From Octopus bimaculoides (lineage: Eukaryota): 35,546 bases of DNA. Below are positions 25,054-35,396 of this stretch, one piece after another (the stretch's first letter is position 1; every line of letters starts with the position of its first letter). Under the pieces are notes generated by a model. The model saw nothing but the letters and a program-made list of their open reading frames with translations, was not told where the DNA came from and searched no databases. Location: the NCBI RefSeq assembly GCF_001194135.2, contig NC_068990.1, forward strand, positions 54,927,009-54,962,554, in the 5' to 3' direction. The translations under genes were made by a program, and so were the position numbers.

Positions 25054-26761
25054 ATGAAGATGGTACTGTCCATAAATATTTCTTGCAGTAACTTCATACT
25101 CCATACAAAATTAATATTTTGTTAATCTTATAGGGCAGCTGCTATTGATAAATTTCATCTTTCACATTACTTTGAAAGAACCAATATTCTTTATGTGGCA
25201 GTTTAATATCTCTTGCTCTGGTATGACAAGGAGACACTCTTTAAAATGTTATCAAATTTAATTGCTTACCATTAAAGGAATACATCCTCTCTTATCTGTG
25301 TTGCAGTGTCAATACAACTCATGAGATAATTAACTACTCATGTGGTATATTTACTCTGATATTCAGAATATTTATCCACCAGAGTTTTGCTTAGATAAAT
25401 TTGTTGAAAGCTCAGCAGTGTACATGAAATGTCATACTTTGATATATGGAGTATTTTTCGGAGAGAGGCAACTTCTTATATTGTATTTGCGTTTTTAGCC
25501 AGGAAGGAAGACAGTACCTACAGCCTTTTTACAGAACCTCTAAGAATCATGAGAGAGAAAGAAGATGATATTCTCAATTCAGAGACTTGACTCAAATTAT
25601 TGCAACAGGATGAACTCCACTAAAAGTGGTGCTATGTGGTGATGTTGAACCAGGTAACAGATAAAGTTTACCATCATTATCATTAGAGATAGAATTTGCT
25701 GATGTTGCTGATAAAGTCAAACTTGTCAGAAATTCTTAGTATCTTTTGTATTTTCATGTGTATAGGCAATTCTAGTATAGGAACAAAGTCTGAAATTTTG
25801 TGGGAGGGAGTTAGTTGATTTGATCACGTTGACCTCAGTGCTCAACTGGTACTCATTTTATCAATGCTGAAAGGTTGAAAGGCATAGTTGACCTCAGTGG
25901 CATTTGAACTCAGAACATAAAGAACCTGAAGAAATGCATGAAACATTTTGGTGTGCATGTGGCTCTGCTAGTAAGCCAATAATGTGGATGGCTCGAAGCA
26001 ATCAATCTTGTACGGTAGATGTAATGGATCTCTGCTAGTTTCAATAATGACTACACTGATAAATCAACTGAATTACCTGCTCATTGAATAAATAAATAAA
26101 TGACTGAATATTCCACAGACATATGTATTCTTAACATAAAAACCAGAATCAGTATGGCACAGATGTTCAAATTACAGGCACAAACCATCTGATGGGCTTC
26201 CACACGGTCTCTGCTTATTCCCAGTTTTACTCAACTGTTTGACAATGAAGAAAGGTAACAGCTCACCCAAGCTAAGCCTGCTTTTGCAGAAGATTTGCTT
26301 GCATCATCATCATCATCATCATCATCGTCATCGTCATCGTCATCATCATCATTATCATCATCATCATCATCATCATTTAACATCCATTTTCCATGCTGGC
26401 ATGATTTTGGCAGCTTAACAGAAACCAGCAAGGCCAGAGTCCACAACAAAGTCCATAGTCTGTTTTGGCTTAGTTTCTATAATTGGATGCCCTTCCTAGT
26501 GCCAACCCCTATACAGAGTATACTGGGTGCTTTCTACATGGTACCATCATCAGTGCATTTTGCATGGCATTAGCACCCACATCAATGCTTTTTACATGGC
26601 ACCCTGGTTTTAGGATCTCAACTCTGTTGTGGTATGTGGGTTTTCTTGAGTACAGCGATGCGCCACACATCTTGGTCCTCTGTCATCTCCATATCTTGAT
26701 CCATATCATGTGATGTCAAGATAAGGAAACACTAACACATATACACTGGCATTCTGTCTGT

Positions 26762-27030
26762 TACAACAGCCTACTCATGAAATTAATGTGCATGTGACTG
26801 ACCACTCCACAGACACATGTACTCTTAATAGAGTTCTTAGGGAGATTCTGCATGACACAGAGTGTGACAAGGCTGACCCTTTGAAATACTAGTACTACTC
26901 ATTTTTGCCAGCTGAGTTGACTGGAGCAATGTGAAATAAAATGTCTTGCTCAAGGACACAACACATTGCTGGTATTGAACTCACAGCCTTATGATCATGA
27001 GCCAAATACTCTAATTATTTGGCTGCATGC
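26762..27030 (-). mobile_element. SINE family a, reverse orientation
   Basis: Reverse complement of the 23175-23470 copy (CTCATTTTTGCCAGCTGAGTTGACTGGAGCAATGTGAAATAAA). Confidence 0.8.
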
Positions 27031-27273
27031 CTTCATTGCATGTAATTGAAGTGTTGTAATATGTAACTGAATTTTTATAGCATGTGGCTTTTAAGTGTTA
27101 TGTAACTGAAATTTTATTTCATGTAACCAAAATGCTATGTAACTGAAATGTTGCAGTATGTAACTGATGTGTTGCAGTATGTGTCTGATGTATGATACTT
27201 TGAAACAGAAGTATGACAGTGTGTAACTGAAATGGGAGAGAATGAAATTGAAAATAAATAATCTATATTTTAC

Positions 27274-27352
27274 CTGCAATGTCCCATAATTGCAATCGGA
27301 TAAGTGTGTCAGCATCCCAACTAATGACTTTTAGTGCAAAATCAACACCTAT
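27274..27352 (-). CDS. RAB32: Rab32/38 coding exon (79 nt, not in the ORF track)
   Basis: tacag|ATA...GCA G|gtaaaa translates IGVDFALKVISWDADTLIRLQLWDIA(G). WDIAG instead of WDTAG is the Rab32/38/29 signature. Joins in frame with both neighbouring exons. Confidence 0.95.
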
Positions 27353-27514
27353 CTGTAGACAATGATTAAGGAAGTGAAATTAAAAGTAAGAAACCTGTAC
27401 AAAAGGAAATATCAAATTTTAAAATTGCTATTAATCGATAGATTCTGATGATTTGGAATAAGACTATAACATATCCTCCTCTTATTTTGACACGCAAGAA
27501 ATTTATATACATAT

Positions 27515-27906
27515 AAGTAATGTTTATTGCCACTTCAACATGGCTGTTCTGCAGGAATTGACATTACTATCATTTTACCTCCAGGAGGATGCCTCCTCCA
27601 GATGGTTATCCGATGCAATCTGCACTCGATATATATATATATATATATGTTGTGAGCTGGAGTGAACTACTGTTATCTCTAGTGGATGAGAATCCATTAC
27701 TGAGGATGAGCACAAAGAGCTCAAAACCGTATGGTCTAGTGGTCTCATGGCTGGAAGATGGTAGGAGTTCTCTTCCCTGCTTGCAATATATATCAGGTGC
27801 AGACTGCATGGAATAACCAACAGGAAAATGTGTCCTCCTGGAGTTAAAATGGTAGTAACATTGGTTCCTACAGAACAGCCATGTTTTGTGGCAATAAACA
27901 TCACTT
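27515..27906. repeat. Foldback element with about 120-bp diverged arms and a unique centre
   Basis: TGTTTATTGCCAC...CTGCACTCGATATAT versus ATATATCAGGTGCAG...GTGGCAATAAACA. Confidence 0.85.
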
Positions 27907-28099
27907 CTCAGTATAGTTATTGCTAATTTGCTTGTTATATATGCATATATATATATATATGTAAAAGGTTGAAGAGGAACACATGAGTAGATATATATGT
28001 GGAAAAAAGACAAGGTAGAAAATGCTAAAATACTTTTATAAAAACATTTCAGAACAGGTTTCAATCCTTGAGATCTTTCCAACTGTAAATAAGAATAAC

Positions 28100-28412
28100 A
28101 AATTTTGGAAAAATTAAATTTTGGCAAATTTAAATGAAACGTCTTTTTAAAAACATATTTGTATAGTCTTCAAATAACAGGGGCATTTCCCTTGTTTCTG
28201 TCTGTCTCTGTTTCTCTTGTTAACTCTTGTGGGTTTGACCTTGAACCCACAACAACCTCAAACCCACAACGACCTCGAACCCACAAGAGTTAACAAGAGA
28301 AACAGAGACAGACAGAAACAAGGGAAATGCCGCTGTTATTTGAATACTATACAAATATGTTTTAAAAAGACTTTTCATTTAAATTTGCCAAAATATAATT
28401 TTTCCAAAATTT
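28100..28412. repeat. Near-perfect inverted repeat (about 135-bp arms) with three 17-bp tandem units in the loop; runs into a gap
   Basis: 28100-28235 pairs with 28278-28412. Units GACCTTGAACCCACAAC, AACCTCAAACCCACAAC and GACCTCGAACCCACAAG at 28237-28287. Confidence 0.9.
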
Positions 28413-29750
28413 NNNNNNNNNNNNNNNNNNNNNNNNNNNNNNNNNNNNNNNNNNNNNNNNNNNNNNNNNNNNNNNNNNNNNNNNNNNNNNNNNNNNNNNN
28501 NNNNNNNNNNNNNNNNNNNNNNNNNNNNNNNNNNNNNNNNNNNNNNNNNNNNNNNNNNNNNNNNNNNNNNNNNNNNNNNNNNNNNNNNNNNNNNNNNNNN
28601 NNNNNNNNNNNNNNNNNNNNNNNNNNNNNNNNNNNNNNNNNNNNNNNNNNNNNNNNNNNNNNNNNNTATATATATAAATACACACACACACGCACACATA
28701 TATATATAAAACCATCATCATCATCACTTTCCATGATGGTATGGATTAGATAATTTGAGAGGAGCTGGCAAGCCAGAGGACAGTATCAAGCTCTGCCATT
28801 TGCTTTAGTATGGGTTTTACAGCTGGGAAGCCCTTATCAATACCAACTACATTACAGAGTGCAGTGGGTGCTTTTTACATGGCACCAGCTTCAGCAAGGT
28901 CATCAAGTAATTTGCAAGACACTCACCTCCTCATCCAAGGAAGGAGTAGTATTGAGGAGGTGGTTTAGTGTCAGGTGATAAGTTAAAGTATGATGGAGAG
29001 ATTAAAACAGATCTCAAGCTGTAGTGAACTGACACCCTGTACCTTTTTTTTTTTTTTGTAAGCCTGGTACTTTATTGGTCTCTTTATGCTGAACTGCTGA
29101 ACTACTAAGTTATGAGAATGTAAACACACACACTAGTTGTCAAGCAGTGGTGGGGGACAAACACAGACACAAAGATACAGACACACACACACACACACAC
29201 ATATACAATAAGCTTTTTACAGTTTCCATCCATCAAATCCACTAACAAATATAAAATTAGTGTACATTTAAACACAAAAGAAGCGACCCTTATATATATA
29301 TATATATATATGAAATCATTTGATGGGCTTCTTTCAGTTTCCATCCATGAAATCAAATTACAATGCTTTGGTTGGCCCAGGTCTTTCAAAGATAATGCTT
29401 TCCTAAGGTGCCACGCAGTGAGACCGAACCCAAAACCACGTTGTTCGAAAGCAAACTTCTTACCACACAGTCATGCCTGCACTTATGCATTTTAAAAATA
29501 TTAAATTTTGGCATGATGCCTGCAAAGTTAGTGGGAGAGATGAGCCAATTATATTGATCCCAGGGCTCAGCTGGTACATACTTTATCGACGCTGAAAGGA
29601 AGAAAGGCAAAGTTGAATCCTTTGCAAAATTTTAACTCAGAATACCAAGGGATAGAAGAAAGCTGCCTAGCATTTTGTCTGATATGTTAACAATTCTGTT
29701 AGCATGCTACCTTCAAATAACTAAAAATAATGTGATGATATAAAGGATAC

Positions 29751-29876
29751 AGTAGCTCGGTAATGTTGGGAGAAGAATTGATGGACATAACGTTTGATGA
29801 TACTTGTTTTTCCAGTTCCTAATTCTCCAATAACAAGAATCTTATATAAGTGTTCTTTCTTTTCAATCCCAGATGT
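29751..29876 (-). CDS. RAB32: Rab32/Rab38-family GTPase, first coding exon found (42 codons, P-loop and switch I)
   Basis: Acceptor ttttttcag|ACA. Translates TSGIEKKEHLYKILVIGELGTGKTSIIKRYVHQFFSQHYRAT with G1 GELGTGKTS. Phase-0 donor GTATCCTTT. Confidence 0.95.
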
Positions 29877-30482
29877 CTGAAAAAAAAAAAAAGAAAAGTA
29901 ACAAACATGATAAATATTGATAAACAAGGGAATTAAAATTCTTTTTTTTTTTATATATAACTAATCTTTTCTAAGCATATATCTATACACATGTGAAGGC
30001 ACATAGCCTGATGGCTAGGGTGTTTGCACTTATGATTGCAAGATCATGGTTTCAATTCCTGGACCACATGGTGTGTTGTGTTCTCAAGTAAAACACTTCA
30101 TTTCTCGTTGCTCCAGGCCACTCAGTTGTAAATGAGTCATTCCATTTAGGAGGAGGGGGGAATGTCATGATCTCAGTCATTTATGTATCATTGGCTTGCC
30201 TGCCTGCCTAGCCAATGGGGTGGCATTATTTGAAAGCTACAGCACTGCAAAGAAGTGCAGTCTGACCTGCAGTGTACAACAGCATTTGAATGTTTGGTTG
30301 ATACCATGATACAGATATCTATACACATATAACAGCTACCTTGATGGTATAAGTATGTTTTTGAGGGAAGTTCCCAAATAAGGTTTTCTCCAGCGTCAAA
30401 GGATTATTTGTTGTTAGAACTCTTCCGGGTGGGAGTTTTTGTGTTTTAATATTTCACTTGGGTATTGTGTAGAACTTAATAC

Positions 30483-30766
30483 GTGTATTGAATGATACAA
30501 ATTAGATTATATTCTTTTGAACACAGAATTGCCATTAGAACAGCAGAAATACTGGGTAAATTACCCTTACAAAACAGAAAAAATTGTCAACAACCAGCCA
30601 TAGGACATGAACCCATATCCCTCAAAGACTCCAGCTGAGTGCTTTACCATTAAGCTAAACTGCCTGCTGACAAATTCATGACTGGCTGTTGACAAATTTT
30701 TCCTGTTGTTCTAGTGGCAATTCAGCATTCAAAAAAATATCATCTAATTTGTATTGTTCAATACAC
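30483..30766. repeat. Inverted-repeat element enclosing a tRNA-like sequence
   Basis: GTGTATTGAATGATACAAATTAGAT...ATTGCCATTAGAACAGCAG versus CTGTTGTTCTAGTGGCAATT...ATCTAATTTGTATTGTTCAATACAC. Inner arms AAATTGTCAACA..CAGCCA / TGGCTGTTGACAAATT. Confidence 0.8.
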
Positions 30767-30827
30767 ATTTTAATGCTTATAAAACAAAACAAATGTTAGT
30801 TTGTTTATATTTATGCATATAATTAAT

Positions 30828-31000
30828 ATATGTATGTTTCAGAATGAAGTATTAGCTGATTATAGAGCAATAATAAGAAAGAGAGATGAAAAAGTGATGA
30901 ATGATTATCACATGAACTTCATCATTCATCCCTTTGTCATCTCTCTTTCTTATTACAACTTTATACTCAGCTAACACTTCATTCTGAAACATATGCATAT
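30828..31000. repeat. Hairpin with about 75-bp arms and a 15-nt loop
   Basis: ATGTTTCAGAATGAAGTATTAGCTGA...GATGAATGAT versus ATCATTCATC...TCAGCTAACACTTCATTCTGAAACAT. Confidence 0.85.
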
Positions 31001-32065
31001 TGAGATCTACACTGGGTTATTAGTCTCACAATACCTAAGAGAAATATTAAAACACATAACAGCTATTTAAAACCAACCAAACAAATAAACAATAAATTCA
31101 CCAAAACATATAAACAGGAAATCTCAAAATCTTAAAGAAAAACATATGAACATCAACATATCTACATACAGGCTAACATGAGGAATGTAAAGAAAAGTAA
31201 GAGGAAGTTATAATAAAACTTTTTTCTGAGAGTACAACTGATAAAAAGCAAATGGTAACAAACAAGGAATTAAAACCCAGACAAACTTAGATGTTGTTAA
31301 TATACTAACATTCCTCTTTGACTCTGTTTTGTCCATTTGTTTTTATTTGACACAACACCAATTTTTACAGTTAATTGAAGCATTATCATTATATCAATGA
31401 TGCTGTAAGAAACATTCTTCAAAATTACATTTGTTAAGGTTATTTCTATAGATTTTCTATAGAAATTATAGCCAGCACTATAATTTTTATAGAAAATCTG
31501 TACAGATGACCTTAACAAATGATATAATAGCACTGCTAACACAGTAGGACAGAATTTACTTATTTAAAAAAAACGTTTAATTTACTTATTTAAAAAAAAA
31601 ACGTTTAATATACTTTGCTTAATGAAATACAGTATCCTTACAAGTCACAAAAAGACACTGTTCCAAAAGAAATTTCTTAACTTTTCTTCATTTTAACATG
31701 AAGTCTGTCAATGTTTCACCAGGCAAGTAATTTTTGCGCTGAAACCATGATTTGAAACTAGAATGATTGCAGCATGAAAAGCACATATTAGCCATTCAAA
31801 GATATTAAAAGACTGTCAACTTCACTTAAACACTTATTATTTGGTGCCATGAGAGTATAGTCATGCAGATATACGAAGCAGCTATTTTGTCATAACTGCA
31901 AAGTTTATCTTTTCCCATGTTTGTATTCATTATTCATAGACCAACATAAAAAATAATATGTGCAGTTAATAAAACCCCAAACAACCACAATAGAGAAACA
32001 TCAATCCTTTGTGATAGTTCTGTCAAATTACAGCAGCTATTTCAGCATTACATAAACAAGGTGTA

Positions 32066-32113
<48 letters not shown>

Positions 32114-33484
32114 NNNNNNNNNNNNNNNNNNNNNNNNNNNNNNNNNNNNNNNNNNNNNNNNNNNNNNNNNNNNNNNNNNNNNNNNNNNNNNNNNNNNNNN
32201 NNNNNNNNNNNNNNNNNNNNNNNNNNNNNNNNNNNNNNNNNNNNNNNNNNNNNNNNNNNNNNNNNNNNNNNNNNNNNNNNNNNNNNNNNNNNNNNNNNNN
32301 NNNNNNNNNNNNNNNNNNNNNNNNNNNNNNNNNNNNNNNNNNNNNNNNNNNNNNNNNNNNNNNNNNNNNNNNNNNNNNNNNNNNNNNNNNNNNNNNNNNN
32401 NNNNNNNNNNNNNNNNNNNNNNNNNNNNNNNNNNNNNNNNNNNNNNNNNNNNNNNNNNNNNNNNNNNNNNNNNNNNNNNNNNNNNNNNNNNNNNNNNNNN
32501 NNNNNNNNNNNNNNNNNNNNNNNNNNNNNNNNNNNNNNNNNNNNNNNNNNNNNNNNNNNNNNNNNNNNNNNNNNNNNNNNNNNNNNNNNNNNNNNNNNNN
32601 NNNNNNNNNNNNNNNNNNNNNNNNNNNNNNNNNNNNNNNNNNNNNNNNNNNNNNNNNNNNNNNNNNNNNNNNNNNNNNNNNNNNNNNNNNNNNNNNNNNN
32701 NATATATATATATATATATAAGTAGTGGGGCTCTGAAAGGTGTCTCAGAGAGGAGTAGAGTCCCTGCTTTCCTGAGCTAGTTTTCCACCACATTTCTTAA
32801 AAATTGTGGTAGAGGCCTTGATTTCGGGACCACTCATGAGGTTGGGGGTAAGCAAGGGCATGCTCCCCATAGAAAATCCAGTTCCAAAAGAGCCTCGTGA
32901 TAGCAAAAGAGAATGGGCACCAGCCAGCCCAAAGGTTGGGGTGGGCTGCACCCGCCTACCTTGGTTGCTATGGCATTGAGGTAGATCCAGCCACACCCAT
33001 TAATGGGGACAAAACTTTGATTTAAAACACTGGATGATGATGATGATATATATATGTATGTATGTATGTATGTATGACCCCACCTCCTTTGGTCATGAAT
33101 GATTATGGGATTGCACCTAGAAAGTTCCCCTTCAAAAAACAAGCCCTGGCAAGGATGTTTATAGAAGGCCAGCAGTCACTCATGCATACCAGCCTCCCCT
33201 CTCCACACCACCGATGTTATCCAAGGGAGAGGCAAAGGCTGACGCAGCTTTGCACCAGTGATGTTGCAGCTCATCTCTACATCTAATTGAACTGGAGCAA
33301 CATGAAATAAAGTGTCTTGCTCAAGAATGCAACACACAACCTGATCCAGGAATCGAACTAACTGCCTCATGATTGTGTGTCCAATGCTCTAAGTCATACA
33401 CCTTCACAGATAAATATATATATATGTACATATAAACACACACACACACATATACATACACATGCACACACACACACACATATA

Positions 33485-34034
33485 CAGGGTGTCCCAAAAA
33501 GATGTACCTCACTCTTTGACGGATGATTACTAACGTATTGTTTTTTGTGATGTAAGGGCTTACCTCGATGCAACACATCCAAACAAATGGATTGGGAGGA
33601 GAGGTAGCATTGAATTTCCTGCACATTCCCCAGACCTCACGCTAATGGATTTTTTTTTTTTATGGGGACATCTCAAAGATAAGGTTTACGCTGCAAAACC
33701 AGTGACAATTGATGATTTGAAAAATGAAATTCAAATACAATGTCTTGCAATTCCAAATGAAATGTTTGGCAATGTTGTTAAATCCATTGTTGGACATTAT
33801 CAGCTTTGTTTGGAAAATGAAGGAAGGCAGTTTGAACATTTGCGAACAGGCAGGAATGAGAGAGAACATTAAATAATTCTAAATGACAATAAATAATCGT
33901 TTCTACAACAATTTATTTTCCTGAATTTAATTTAACTTTTTAGGATTGTATGTATATCAATAAACATCTACTTGAAAACAAAATGCATGAGTACAGGAAG
34001 TCAAAGAGTGAGTACATCTTTTTGGGACACCCTG
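33485..34034 (+). mobile_element. Internally deleted Tc1/mariner-superfamily element (550 bp) with transposase C-terminal remnant
   Basis: About 35-bp TIRs CAGGGTGTCCCAAAAAGATGTAC(C)TCACTCTTTGAC with TA on both flanks. 33546-33872 reads CDVRAYLDATHPNKWIGRRGSIEFPAHSPDLTLMDFFFLWGHLKDKVY..., including the SPDL motif. Confidence 0.92.
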
Positions 34035-34038
34035 TATA

Positions 34039-34092
<54 letters not shown>

Positions 34093-34521
34093 GTGGCACT
34101 CTGTTGGTTACAATGACAAGGTTTCCAGTTGATCTGATCAATGGAACAGCCTGCTGGTGAAATTAACGTGCAAGTGGCTGAGCACTCCACAGACACGTGT
34201 ACCCTTAAGGTAGTTCTCAGGGACATTCAGCATGACACACTGCGTGACAAGGCTGGCCCCTTTGAAATACAGGTACAACAGAAACAGGAAGAAAGAGTGA
34301 GAGAAAGTTGTGGTGAAAGAGTACAGCAGGGTTCGCCACCATCCCTGCTCGAGCCTCATCTAGCTTCATTTACAAATTATGCAACATCAAAATAAGGAGA
34401 AACAACCACACACACACACATTATATATCATGGGCTTCTTTCAGTTTCCATCTATGAAATCCACTCACAAGGTTTTGATTGGTCTCATAGTCACTTTGAT
34501 TACACAGCGACACCTGCACTT

Positions 34522-34872
34522 ATTACCTCCATCTTAGCAAAGGCAGAGGTATTGTTTTCAGTTGTGTTTGTTTGTTTGTCCATGGACAAGATATCTCAAG
34601 AACCACTGGATGGATATGGATGAAACTTTCAGAGATGTTTATCCTAGTGACTGGCACAAACTGATCGATCTGGCATCAGACAAGGATTCTGGATTATTTT
34701 TCCTTTTTTTTTACTTAATTTTTGAGAGTGGTCTGGTTCATTATTAGTATTCTCATTTGTGAGAGCAGTCGAGTTTATTTCAGATATTCTCATTTAAAAA
34801 ATCATCTCTGGTTAATCATTGAGAGGACGTTGGTGTTGCCTTGGCGGAAGTTTGCACTCTCTGAGTGCTCTT
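34522..34872. mobile_element. Non-autonomous element resembling Helentron-associated (HINE-like) repeats; related inverted fragments near 140-310 and 950-1100
   Basis: Terminal hairpin TACCTCC..C...G..GAGGTA, short (GTTT)n, subterminal CCTTGGCGGA. GGACAAGATATCTCAAGAACCACTGGATGGAT is the reverse complement of about 1027-1058. Classification is from memory. Confidence 0.45.
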
Positions 34873-35326
34873 GCATTAATATTACTGTTGGTTTCTAATT
34901 TTGGCATAAGGCCAGCAATTTCAGGGAGAGGATAAATTGATTACATTGACCCCAATGCTTAAATGGTACTTATTTCGTTGCCTGCAAAAGGTTGCAAAGC
35001 AAAATCAGCCTCAGCAGAATTTGAACTCAGAACATAAAGACTGACAAAATGCTGCTAAACATTTTGCCTGGCATGCTAATGATTCTGCCAGCTTGCTGAC
35101 TTATATATCAATATTAATACTTTTTTACTCTTTTACTTGTTTCAGTCATTTGACTGCGGCCATGCTGGAGCACTGCCTTTATTCGAGAAAATCGAGCCCA
35201 GAACTTATTCTTTATAAGCCTAGTATTTATTCTATCGGTCTCTTTTTACCGAACCGCTAAGTTACAGGGACGTAAACACACCAGCATCGGTTGTCAAGCG
35301 ATGGTGGGGGGACAAACACAGACACA

Positions 35327-35396
<70 letters not shown>

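Larger units (their letters stand above)
27353..29750 (-). other. U12-type (minor spliceosome) GT-AG intron of RAB32
   Basis: 5' site GTATCCTTT (29750-29742). Branch TTCCTTAAT (27373-27365) with the A about 14 nt from the 3' AG. No polypyrimidine tract. Confidence 0.9.

Noticed and set aside
25926-25945. CTGAAGA...GAAAC hammerhead-like string
   Set aside because: It lies in a diverged SINE c copy, stems I and II do not form, and other copies lack it.
31553-31607. Two-copy 26-28-bp tandem duplication
   Set aside because: Ordinary slippage in AT-rich sequence.
31632-31639. GTATCCTT U12-donor-like motif on the + strand
   Set aside because: No plus-strand exon or matching branch site was found, so it is probably chance.
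14763-32793. Long ORFs containing X runs or YIYI/CVCV/SLSL/NNNN/DDDD tracts
   Set aside because: They are read-through of N gaps and microsatellites, with no coding signal.
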